DNA from: Trichosphaerium sp. ATCC 40318
Lineage: Eukaryota > Protista > Tubulinea
Length of the DNA stretch: 64,000 bases
Direction of reading: 5' to 3'
NCBI GenBank assembly: GCA_038496445.1
Contig: JALMLS010000093.1
Span: 186,001-250,000, forward strand
Part shown: in pieces, positions 27,136 through 38,800 of the stretch
Layout: every line of letters begins with the position of its first letter
How positions within the stretch are numbered: the stretch's first letter is position 1
Translations under genes and position numbers: made by a program
The notes under the pieces: generated by a model
What the model was told of the DNA's origin: nothing
The model's input: the letters and a program-made list of their open reading frames with translations, nothing else
Database searches by the model: none

Positions 27136-27449
27136 ATGGGAGCATCAGCAATACGCGAAGAAAAGCCAGCTAAGACAGCTTACAAAGACGACAAGGACGA
27201 GGAGTCGTTCGATGGTATGCCTACATTGAAAGACAATTTTGACGTTGCATAGACATTCAAGATGGTTGGAACACCCACACCAAAGGAGCACAAGGTGGCT
27301 ACTTATTTAAACTTGTGATGATCTCTAACTTTGTCGTAGTACGAAAAGAGTATGACGAGAACTCTGAAGGCGGTGAAGTTACTGTTGTATGCTTTTGCTT
27401 CCATTTAAAGAAAAAACCAGAGGACGATTCCGACAGCGACAGCGAGTAG
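27136..27449 (+). CDS. Small (~68 aa) acidic protein, 4 exons, MGAS N-terminus
   Basis: Three GT-AG introns give MGASAIREEKPAKTAYKDDKDEESFDDIQDGWNTHTKGAQVRKEYDENSEGGEVTVKKPEDDSDSDSE*. Confidence 0.5.
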
Positions 27450-27648
27450 CCACCCAGTATGCAATCACAAGAACAAGCATACATCCGTCACATTTCGTCG
27501 TGTCATTGCCTTTCTTTTTTTACAAGCACTGTCATTCATTCCACTGCAGCATTAAACCACATTGTACATAACCGTAAAGACACATTCCAGTCAAAGACTT
27601 ATTGGGCGCTAAGTCGGGTGTAACCATAAAAAATAAAATCAAACAAAC

Positions 27649-28409
27649 ATGCTTCGTCGCGCATTTTTGACAAGACCAGTATTACAAAACAAACGTGTTT
27701 CTACCACTTCGAAGAGGGTAGTCGTCAAGGCCGCTCCTCGCGTACAAGTCACCCGTAGATGGTGTGAAACATCCGCTATGAGACGCAGAGAGACCGCTTT
27801 GGAAGGTAAAGCCGTCCGTGATCACGAAGCAATGCTTATTGCAAAATTACAAGCTCAATTAAAGGTAAACTAGCTTCACAATACTAAATACTGCGTCAAA
27901 ATTACATTAGTAGTATTAAATTCGGCAAATGACTGTTTTTTAAACTGCTAAGAACATCCTTTTAAACCGCTACCACAAGGTTTTATAAACTGTCCATATC
28001 GTTTATTTCGCGTAGGAAAAAGACCAAGAGTTAACCGATGAAAAAGCACTCTCCAAAGCTGCTTCTGTCAAGGAGAAGAAATTGAAGAAGGTTATTGGCA
28101 AAAACATTGATGAAGTGCTCGAAGACGCTGAAGATGGTACACTTATGAGCTTTTACGCCAAAATTAGGTCTAGGACAGCAAAATAGCTTCTCTAGACAAC
28201 AACATGGCCTTTCACACATTATTACGTGACTAACGCCTCGTAGGTCAATTGGATAATTTGACAATCAAAACTTCCGCAGACGCTGACCGCGAAGCACTAT
28301 TGCAAAAGATTTCGTGAGTATTTTTTGGATTTTTTTGTCATTAATTCCACCCATCGCTAATCTGTTTTTAAGTGCCTTGGAAAATGAAGTGAAACGTCTC
28401 AAGAAGTAA
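27649..28409 (+). CDS. Mitochondrial ATPase-inhibitor (IF1)-like coiled-coil protein, spliced
   Basis: Arg-rich transit peptide, then AMRRRETALEGKAVRDHEAMLIAKLQAQLK, and a C-terminal coiled coil ending LENEVKRLKK*. Confidence 0.55.
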
Positions 28410-28652
28410 AAGATTAACAGAGCCTATAAGCCATTTATTATTTTTTGCACGTGAATACGTGTAAAGTCGTCATTTTTACTGGCCATTCAGATGTAGCTTT
28501 TGTGAGGCAACTATAAAATAAAACATACCTATCTATACTGTTTAGTTTTGGTACAACTATTATACAAGCAAAGAATGCACACCTCCTTATCTTAGCGTAT
28601 GTACAACCTTTTATTTTATTTACAAGTGGCTTTAAAGATGTCTATTTTGCGT

Positions 28653-29966
28653 TTATGCTCGTTGGATGGTCTGACGTACGCCATTACCTACCATTGAGAC
28701 TGTAACTCTAACATACATGTCATTACCCTTAGCAGTTCTAAAATTTTCTTTGACAACAACGTGCTCAACGTTGTAACTCTTTAACATTTTTACCATAGTA
28801 GAGCAAGAGCTGGGTTCTTTGTACGGATAAAAAGCTCGGCAAGTGTACTTCCCAGAGCGTACTTCAACCTCGCTAATCTCAGCCATACGCATGAACGCCT
28901 GATTGCAAGAAATAATGTTATAATCCCATCCAAAAATAACCACAACGTCAATGGCCAAAGGCTTCTCCAACCGAGGATTCGCTATCCGAAGCGCAATGTC
29001 AGTAGTTGTGATTGTATTGTCCTTTTCAGTTCGTTGTTTTTCTGATCTTATATCTTCCAGTTCTTTCCATACAGAAGCAAGTACTGATTGCAACTCTCTG
29101 TTCGTCTTTGAAAGAGAATTTACCTGGTTAGTTAAAAAATTGACTTTCTCTTGGCATTTCTTGGCTTCAAAGGAGGCAGCTGCTGCTGGTGTTTGTGGCA
29201 AGAGCGACGTTAACGTGTTCGCAGTTCCAGCCATATTAAAGTCGAAGGTAGTTAGACCTGACGAACAGTTGTCTATATCTACGGCTAGAGCGTATGTGAG
29301 CGAGTTATTATAATCTATGGATAATGGTTTACCTCCAAAGCTTGTTAGTGAAGGACTTGGTTCAATATTAAAATCACGCATTTGCATCCTATTTTCCTTT
29401 AGCCAAAAAATCGTTACTTTCACGTGCGTACAATTGTAATGGTGAAGAAGCAAGGTTTAAATGTTCGAGGAATGCGTCGGGCGCGTTGTTGACGCCAAGT
29501 AACGGACTGACAGGTCCCGGTGTTGACGGTTGCCTCTGTGATGTGCTGGGAGCTTTGTGTTGATTTGAAGCCGAGTTGGCATTATTGGTCGAAAACTGAA
29601 CTGCAAAACATATTAGTACGATCATTGTATAAAGAGAACGTACACACTTCGCCAGACTGTCTTTTCTGTCTTTTAGTTCCAGAATCGCAGCAATCTAAAT
29701 CATATAGTCTACAACGCTTACAAGGTCGTTCGTCATTGCATCCAGCGTGGGCTAAATGAATTCTATTATTATTGAACTGCCAACACTTTCTGTAAGTCCT
29801 AAATACCTTTTCTACAGTTCACGCATGCTAAACTCGCGTATTTACGGGTTCTTTTTTGTCTTTTCTTTTTAGGTCGCTTTTTTGTCTGAGCGGGCGTAGC
29901 CTTTGATTGTTCTGGTTGTTCGTGCATTAACGCAACGTGAGAGGCCGTAGTGTGCACGGTAGTCAT
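28653..29966 (-). CDS. Zn(II)2Cys6 transcription factor with coiled coil and C-terminal PAS-like domain, spliced, last exon uncertain
   Basis: ACVNCRK|AHAGCNDERPCKRCRLYDLDCCD, basic NLS, PAS-like VVIFGWDYNIISCNQAFMRM...FRTAKGNDMYVRVTVSMV. Confidence 0.82.
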
Positions 29967-30954
29967 TAAATTGATTTGTCCTCCTAGTGACTGTACAGGC
30001 AAAATCCGGTTTTTTGGTTTTTGCCACCGGGAATCCGGCCAATTTCATTCCGCGGAAAGCTTACGAATGTAGAAAGTGACAAGTAGTTAGCACCATGGTG
30101 CTGTCTATGCTCACGTAAAAGTGGTATTGCGAGGATGGCGTTTGGATCACATTGGAGCAACAATAATTTTCGACAAAAAATACGTGAATGACTGGTCTAC
30201 TTTTGCTTTTGCTGGCCTGCAATGTAGCGATGCGTTTATTCAACATCACTTCGTGTTATTGGTAGTCGTATTAGACGATAGCTTGCAGAAGATGGCTAGT
30301 CCACATCCCCGCCGGTTTTTCCGCAAAAGTGGAAGCTGTCTGTAACAACAATAGAACCAGTTCATGCCTTTATGTTTCTCAAAAGTAGTTAGTCTAATCA
30401 CAATGACACTTTTTCTGTTATTGTCAGAAAGAAGAAAATAGACAGTATGGTATCGTTGAACGGCGAACTCTTCTTAATAATAAGGACAATAGAAATACTA
30501 CTTTACAGCTCAGTGAGTTCTACGATGATTGTAAGCAAACAAGCCGCTCGTAGTAACTAAGACAGTCATATGACATGGTATGACTCACGCTCGAAACTTG
30601 TATTTGAAAAAAATCTCTAAAATGTCTATGTCTTCGTATTCTTAACCCATTTAACATCAACGTGGCTCTTATATTTCATTGAGTTGTTTGCAATTTTTAT
30701 AAAAGATTCCAGACGATGGAACAGAAATCTTGTTGCGCAAAAACATAGTTGTTCTTAGTATAATTTTTGATGTTCATTTTTGAAACCTTTCAACGGCAGT
30801 TTGTGAAAAGACAAGGCGTACTAGTATGAAGCGCAAGTTAGGTTTACTCTTGATAGACCGCCTTAGCTTCGAGGAGGTACGAGAAAATGATTTATTATTT
30901 CTAACGTTGCATGTGCTGCCTATAATTCTGTGCTCCCCGTTTGTTTGATCATCT

Positions 30955-32427
30955 TTAAAACACAGTGAGATCGATTTGACAGTCGATTTGCGCTCCTTCT
31001 TTAACCTTGATTTGTAGATAGTCGATTTGATCGGTGATAACACCATTAACTCTCCATTTTTTCTTTGCCCTGTTAAGCTTGTCGTCGATGAAACCCTTAG
31101 CCATCTCAACCCTTACGTCCTTGGAACAAAAAATTAAAGAATATTCAGAACAGAAAAAAAAAGTGCACAGCAAGTCTGGTTGCCGTGAAAATATATTTAC
31201 CTCTGGGCACGATATGTCAACTTGGAACTTTGATCCCTTTGAAACTGGAAAAACAGCGAATGGTGTAAAGAATACTCTTGGTATAGGTGTTTCACTTATT
31301 GTGACAGCCTTGCTTCCTCCAATAGGTAACGCCGTGAACCTTGGTATATGACGTTTGTTTTCAAGCCAAATCATCATTGTATTTATAAACGGAGCATGTG
31401 CTAGAACTTTCAACATACGCTGACTCCAATCAGTGCTCTGGTCTTCAGTGTAATCGAAAATGTTATACAATCCTAGCATTCTGTTTCTCAGATCAGCTCC
31501 AGCTTTGTGCAATGCCAACACAATCTGAATGTGTTCATATCGTTGAAGAGAAGAGTGTTCAGTGTGGTACAACTGAGACAAGAAGTACGACTTGAGTTGA
31601 TGGTCGAGTACAGTCGCGTTATCAGAGCCAACAGCGTTTATATCAGCACCAACCTCAACGAGTTTGTAGAACATGTCAAGGGCGCAGACACGTTCGAGTG
31701 GGACAACTCCTTCTTTAGAAGCGTTCGAAGCATCAATATGTTTGCTAGAGAGCAATACATTCAGAAACCGTTCATCCCTCTCTGCCCACTCTTCGTCAAA
31801 AAGAGTCCAATCACAAATACGATCTAGCTCTGAAACGAGAAGATTTTCTTCGCCAACATACCAGTTAGGGTCTGATTCTCTTTCAGCAAGGAGGGATGCA
31901 AGCTCTATTATTTCACGTTGATATTTTTGATACTCTCCGTGGTAGTACCGGCTCAATGTATTCAGAGGTTTCTCACCTGAATCTTGATCAATGTGGCTGA
32001 GTTGTTCTGGTGTGAAGCTTGCCTTTTCAAGGCATCTTTTAATGAATTCGAAATTATTGACAAGAGCCATTGTGTCGAAGGATTGGTGTAACGCGAAATC
32101 AATAGCATTTTGACCAATCGCGTTTTGAATAGTAGGATCGGCACCTGCATCCAGTAGTTCTGAAGCATACTCAAAATTACCGTTTGCCGCACATGCCATG
32201 AGCGGTGTGTTTCCACGTGTGTTTTGTTCGTTAAGAGAGATGTTATGATGGATTAATGTTGTCAAAACTATACTCCTCTCCAATGTCCTGTTGGCGTTGC
32301 ACAAGTAATGTAAAGAGTTGTTGCCGTATCTGTCTTTGATGTTGATGTAATAATTATTCTTTATAAGCATACGAACGCTATCTATATTTCCACTAGCAGC
32401 TACTTTTAAGAAATTAATCCTACCCAT
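30955..32427 (-). CDS. Ankyrin-repeat protein (may be the 3' part of a gene starting at 32851)
   Basis: 490-aa ORF with DRYGNNSLHY, NTRGNTPLMACAANGN, LLDAGADPT, LVEVGADIN. Confidence 0.85.
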   Translation of the reverse strand: MGRINFLKVAASGNIDSVRMLIKNNYYINIKDRYGNNSLHYLCNANRTLERSIVLTTLIHHNISLNEQNTRGNTPLMACAANGNFEYASELLDAGADPTIQNAIGQNAIDFALHQSFDTMALVNNFEFIKRCLEKASFTPEQLSHIDQDSGEKPLNTLSRYYHGEYQKYQREIIELASLLAERESDPNWYVGEENLLVSELDRICDWTLFDEEWAERDERFLNVLLSSKHIDASNASKEGVVPLERVCALDMFYKLVEVGADINAVGSDNATVLDHQLKSYFLSQLYHTEHSSLQRYEHIQIVLALHKAGADLRNRMLGLYNIFDYTEDQSTDWSQRMLKVLAHAPFINTMMIWLENKRHIPRFTALPIGGSKAVTISETPIPRVFFTPFAVFPVSKGSKFQVDISCPEVNIFSRQPDLLCTFFFCSEYSLIFCSKDVRVEMAKGFIDDKLNRAKKKWRVNGVITDQIDYLQIKVKEGAQIDCQIDLTVF

Positions 32428-32432
32428 GTTTG

Positions 32433-32851
32433 CTAAACGCCAATATAAGTAAAGCTATTATTTCTAACCGTTGAAAAGATATATTTTTTTTCTGATTTAT
32501 TTTTCGCACGTGATGCTAGTAAAAAAGCTATCATTACGACCACGATTGCGGACATTATCATGAGGTAAGTTTTATACGTTTCCGCCTCCGGTATGCGCTT
32601 TAAGAGCTCCTGTTTTTTACTTTCATGCTCTAAGTACTCTTTTGAGTGCATAAGGTCCCATAGCGCTTGTTTTGTCACTGCTTGAGCTTCTGTTTCGTAT
32701 TCTTCTGGCGATATCTTGTGAGCGCCCGGAGATAAAGGTGTAGAACGCCTAAAGGTACGCACTGGTTGTTCTATTTTAGCGTTAAGATAAGTTTCGCTAA
32801 TACAAGTAAATACGCCTCACCTTCAGACGATTCTTCGTCGTTAAACTGCAT
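32433..32851 (-). CDS. Small membrane protein or 5' exons, with a NEMP/TMEM194-like EEYE..T..AL..L helix followed by one TM segment
   Basis: MQFNDEESSE|EQPVRTF..ISPEEYETEAQAVTKQALWDLMHSKEY..YLMIMSAIVVVMIAFLLA. Confidence 0.6.
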
Positions 32852-33087
32852 AATTGTTATATCTAGTCAGTCACGTGATTGTTTCCTCAACACCTGCTCA
32901 AGAAGATTCTTTGGCGCGTACAGGTTAAGCAGGAAAAAAGACTTAATGTCATGTGACACGACGCATTGCTCAACAAATGTACACAGGGTTCAATATCCCT
33001 TCTTTATTAGCGCATGGCATGCACTGGCTTTTGGTTTTCAAAATATTTATGTGTTGGCACTATTTTAGAGAAAGTTTGAAAAAAAAA

Positions 33088-36000
33088 CTAGTTTACAACA
33101 CAATTTATCTGACGCCTCAACGAATTAAAAATCTACACCATGTTACTCAGTCAATTAGTCAGTTACCTTCGTTTGTGTACCTTGATTGGTAGTTTGTGTT
33201 GTACTATATCTTGGAGTGTGACAATACCTTCAACAATCTATTGTAGGGCCAAAAATGAGTGCTCATACTCGCTCGTGATAGGTACCTTATTAGTTTCTAA
33301 CAACTCTTGTCTCATAACACCTGGTAGTAAACCTTCTGAAACTGGTGGAGTTACCCAAATCTTTGATTCATGTTGTTAGTAAGTTATGTACAACAACCAA
33401 GAAACGCACTCCCTGTTTTAGCACAGCAATATTTGCAATACATGTCTCCTAATAACAATTAAAAAACCAGTTTACAACAGGATGGTGTTGTACCGTCACA
33501 TGCCCTTTATCGTTATACAATATGATATCATCATATTCAGCTTTCTTATCCCAAAATCGTTTGTAATGTGCTCTGTAATAAGGGGTTAGCTAGCAAGTGC
33601 TTCATCAAACAATACCTCTTTGTTGTTTTGTTAAAAACAAAGTTCTTATTCTTCTCAACATTCATTGGTTCATCAGCCACCTTTAGCTTCCATACTTTTT
33701 CAGGTTGTGGTACAAAAGGATAATCTTCGATTTTTATTGTTCCATCTATTGACACAAGCAATCTATGACAGATATGACAATTTGAGTTAAAAACCATTGA
33801 ACTAACCTGACACGCTTGCAATTGTTATTCCAGTTTTTTGAGTTGGTTTCAAGTCTTTTTCTAATACGCTCTACATCACATGCAAAATTGAAAAAGTTTG
33901 CTGTTTTTTTGGCACGTGATAAATGTCTGTCTAAAAGAAAAAATCCATTCGTTGGTTCGAACAATATTGTTTCGAGTATCGAAAAGTCCTTGCTTCTTTC
34001 CCGCCGTTGCTCAAGAACTTTATTCCTTTCTTTAAGTCTCAGATTGGCTGGCTTCATTTTCTTTGTAGATCCTTGTACCACTGGGCTATATCCTAGAGAG
34101 TATCCTGACCAAGATTTAGAGAGAAGACTATGAATGAGGGCATTGGCTTTGAGAAGCATTTCGTCGAACTCGCCCTCTGGACTTGACTCAGAAACTATAG
34201 CTCCACCGCATCCAATGGATATTCCTTTCTTATTTATTACAGCTGTTCGGATAACAACAGAAAAATCACAACTTCCAGTTACCTACATAACACGTTACTA
34301 TCAATCTTGAAACACAGAAAAAACTAAGAACATGATATACGATTTCTTTGTGCGTTCGAACACGTACGCTGAAGTATCCCAAAACACCAGAGTACACTCC
34401 TCGTGCACTAGTCTCAAGTCTACGCTTTAAGTCAATAGAAGGTCAGCCAATAGAATTCTAGTGCGTACTCGTCTAGGATCTGAATTGATCGCAATTTTGG
34501 TGCACCAGTCATGGATCCAGGAGGAAACATGTGTTTCACACATGTAACGGCATTTAAGTCTTCTCTTAGTGTACCTTCTACTGTTGAAACGAGTTGATGT
34601 ACAGTAGCGTAGCTTTCAACACCTAACATAGCAAATCAAAAAAACGAGCTCGTATGAATAGCACGTGTACGTACACATTAGTTTGGGCACTCTCACGTTC
34701 TCGCATACCTTGCTGAGATCATTTCTTATTAGATCTACAATCATCAGGTTCTCTGAGAAGTCTTTTTTACTATTTTGTAGCTCGTGCTTGAGCGCTAAAT
34801 CTTCTTCTTTTGTAGCTCCTGCCTGATATTAGGCTCTTTAAGTAGCACAGTTTTCAAAGCATACCGCGTTTAGCTGTCCCTTTTATTGGTTTAGAAGTAA
34901 CCAAGCCATCCTTGTCGATCGTAACAAACTTTTCTGGAGAGCACGAAAGAATCCAGAAATCATCAAACTTAAAGAAAGCGCCATACCTGTTAATAAGTCA
35001 TCAACTCATTTTTTTGATTAAACAGTCACACGTACGGTGCAGGATTAACAGTCCTCAAATGTAAGTAGTACGCCAGTGGATCCATTGAAGCATTTGTTTT
35101 GATGTGATTTGTTAGGCATATTTCGTAGCTCTCGCCCTTTTGAGATAAATGAGCTACAACCTTTTGAACAGAAACAAAGCACACCAGTTGTATTTTTTGA
35201 AGAGAGGTACGTATATCTCTTTTATAAGTCTGTTCGTCTCTATCCAACCAAAACTTTGGTAAATCCGCACTTGTATCGTTACTGATAGGTGGTAGATTTT
35301 CAATTGTATTGAGTTGTTTGATAGTATCTGAAAGCCAAGCTTGCTGTTCTCTGACACATTCTAAGTCTTCTTCATTTATGAGGCACATCGCGAATACCTA
35401 CCCACGTGTAAACGGTTTTGCAAACAACAGTATTACTAACCTTCTTTGTGTGACTATCTATCACAACCACGCGAGAGATGAACATGAATGATGCATCTGG
35501 CGTTTCAGCATTGTGTTTCGGTTCTGATGCGCAAGATTCTGATTTCATTTCATAGCCAAAGTACCTTGTTCAATCAGCACTTCATTCAAACGTCAATGTC
35601 AAGTACCCTACGAGACCACAAGCGAAATTAAATGGAACTACACAATAGGTCATTAGATAAAAGTACTCTAATTATTTTGATGTACCTCCTTCTTCAATGG
35701 CATAGTCGGAATTGATTTGTTCTATTTTATCAAACAACGTTTTGTTCGGCTCAATCTTCTCGCTTGTAACCTTGCTACCTTGTTTTTTAGTAATTGTCTT
35801 TGTTGTTACATCGTAGTGCAGTGTAAAGCTTAGAGGACCAGTAGGGTCTCCGATATATGAGAATCTACTCAACCCTTCCTTAATGTCACATTATTAGAAC
35901 ACGAAAACTTACACAAAAAAGCGTACCTCCACCCTAGATGAATCAAGCCAAAAAGACTTGTTCTTTTTACTATACAGAGAAACGAAAATATCTCTGGGTG

Positions 36001-36970
36001 GTATAAATTGAGATAGCTCTTTAAATATCACTTTTAGGCATAACTGTTTTTGCTGCTTGGTTCTGTAGAACTATGTCAGTACGTTGAGATAGGTGTGTTG
36101 TAGGCTACCTTAAAAAAGGGATAATACTCTCACAGGTCATCAAATCTGTCTTGTTTTCCTGGTGCACTTTAGCTTGTCTAGGGCGCGTCCATTAATTTTT
36201 TTGTATTTTGAAGGAAAAGTGGTACCTTTCTGTTATGTCTCTGAAGTTGCGTAGTAGTATTTTCCCGTATTCAGTACAAATGGATTCAGGATGAAACTGA
36301 ACGCCAAACTAAGTCCAGGTTAGCTATCACCTTGTGACAGTGATGATTGGGAAATTGACCTGGCATTTAGTTCTATGTTGTAATCCCATCACCAACGCCC
36401 TTCCATCATCCCCTGTGAACCAACAATTGGCTTTAAGGCATCCAGGTAAACTTAGTTCATCCACTACCCATGAGTGATAGCTAATAGTTTGTAGGCACTC
36501 AGTATTGAGAAATTAGTCGTACCGAACAACCTTAAAGTCTTCAGGTATACCCTCGAATAAAGGTGATTCCCCACGTGATACTTCTGATACAATACCATGA
36601 GCTACTCCTGTGTTTTTTATTTTACCCCCATACGCAGTGGCTATGCCTTGATGGCCTAAACAAACGCCTAAGATAGGGTGTTCTGCTCGCCTTATCAATA
36701 TTGAACAAATCCCAAAGTCTTAACACAATACGTAAGCTTTACGGGGTTTTTGAGCGTAGAAAACGTGCCTGAAGGATTATTGGCTATGCCTGGACCTGGT
36801 GAAATTACAATATTGTCAATGCGTTCTAGAATAGGTTTTATCGCTTCCCAGGTGCTGTAAGTGTCGTTTCGGATTACTTTTGGAGCGACTCCATTAATCT
36901 GTTTGATGTAGTGATACAAATTGAACGTGTACGAGTCATAATTGTCAACAAGTAGCGTGCGTACTTTCAT
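33088..36970 (-). CDS. Trifunctional aminodeoxychorismate synthase/lyase (PabA-PabB-PabC fusion), many exons
   Basis: GATase [31 protein letters not shown]. Synthase [48 protein letters not shown]. The same ORF continues into [47 protein letters not shown]. Confidence 0.88.
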
Positions 36971-37404
36971 GGATGGGTGTTTTGATTAGTATTATTAAAT
37001 GTCGGGATTTAGGTGTCAAAGACTATCCAGGTTTTTTCCAGCAAAAGCAGGAAAGGTCAGGTTATCTGAATAACTCTTTTTCCTCAGGCCTGCGGTTATA
37101 GTAGCATTAGAATAGTACCTGTGGGCGCATAAAGGCGAGAAAAAAAGATATGACTTTAACCATGTGGTTAGCTAGGGACATGTGAAATCTAAGGAGTGCG
37201 TTTAGGAACAGACTACTACCAGCCACGTACTTACCTTAGATGATTCGAAGACCAAACGTATGCACTCAATACACATTGAGTGGTACTTGCACACTTCACT
37301 ACAAGTTGAAGCAACCCTTGAGGCACAGGAAAACCTATTTTCAGAACTTTGATTAAACAAGGCATTCAAACACTACTTTTTTATTTCCAAACACTGTTGC
37401 GTCT

Positions 37405-38330
37405 TCACGCATTTTTTGGTGCATTGTTGAAATACAGCACTTGATCAAGACATTCTTGAGCAATTGGAGTGCCATCAATACGAATTCTACGAACACCAGT
37501 CAGTGATTTAATAGCCTCATTTGTTAGCTGTTTACAACCCGTAAGCAGAATGAAATATGCTCCAGAAAGTGCCTGGATGCCTTTGTCTGTAATGTCCTCA
37601 CAACTTTCAAGATCTACAGTGTGCGCGCCTGAAAGATACTTTAACCCTTCATCTGTAATTGAGGTGTTACCCAGGTAAATTTTATGAACACCAGCAAGTG
37701 CTGTAACTGAAGATCAATACTGGATCGCTTCATCTGTAACTGCTCCTTGTAACACCAGATGTTTATCCCTTTGTCGATCATCTTTCAAGATCTACCAGTA
37801 CAAGTGTAGAAGACAGATCCTAGAACTCCAGAAAGTGATCCCTTTAAGGTTCCTTCATCTGTAACTCTACTTTAATCGTCTGTAATGTATGCACCAGCAA
37901 GTGATTTTCCTTCAAACTCTGGCTCTAGATAGCACAATGTTATGAACTGTTTTAACCCTTCATCTGTAACTCTGGTATGAACAGCATAAATGTTTCTATA
38001 GTATTTAAGAGCCACTCCAGCAAGAGCTATTAACCCTTCATCTGTAATATGCTTACAATAACCAAGCTTAATTTTATACACCAGCAAGTGATTTAAGCCC
38101 TTCATTTGTTACTACAGTATTGTTAAGATTAATGTCATGAACACCGGCAAGTGACACTTTCATCTGTTACAGCCTGTACACAGCCATTAAAATTAATGGA
38201 ATTAACACCAGCAAACGCCTTTATAACATCATCAGACATTGTTTTGCCAACAAGTTTGATGTTCGTGTGCTGGAGAGTACTTGAGTGTTTGATCTGCAGT
38301 ACTTTTTATCTTTTTAACCAGCATATCAAG
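37405..38330 (-). pseudogene. Intronless LRR gene with (V/I)TDEGLKxLAGVHxIxL repeats, frameshifted and garbled in the middle
   Basis: About 8 copies of (g/a)ttacagatgaag. The 3' part is clean (ITDEGLKYLSGAHTVDLESCEDITDKGIQALSGA), but there are several frameshifts and stops between ~37700 and 38160. Confidence 0.6.
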
Positions 38331-38800
38331 CTATAAACCTTGCCAAAGCTTTTTTGGACTACTTAGTTAATTACTCCATCACAGTACATAAGTCAAGCTT
38401 ACTGGCCAAAGCGTTGAAATACAGGCAAGGTGTTACAAACTTGGCAAAAATTTGAAGTGCAAACACTCAAATGTGGCTTCAAAAGTGTCAACAATTTCAG
38501 TTTTCTTTACCATCCGGAGCATTGCTTATAGACTTTGCAGCTCCCTCTTATGGTATGAAATCCCGCCAAATCCTCGAAGTCTACTTTTTTTCGGGTTTTG
38601 GACACGTTATGGAGTAATTCTTCAGGCTCCCCGTTTCAATGAACAGAATTTACGTCTCCTATGTGGTTTGTAGGCGTTGCTCGTTTCCACCAGTACTTAT
38701 GTTTACAAACCTGGTTACTTTAACTTTCCCAAACTTGCTTAAATGACTCAACTTAAGAAAGCGACAGAATTCTCGTCTAAGACAATAAACACCTCACACA

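Noticed and set aside
37228-37290. U1 snRNA-like words (TACTTACCT, GATTCGAAG, TGCACTC) and an 8-bp hairpin
   Set aside because: The spacing is too short for stem-loop I and no convincing Sm site is seen. An Infernal search would settle it.
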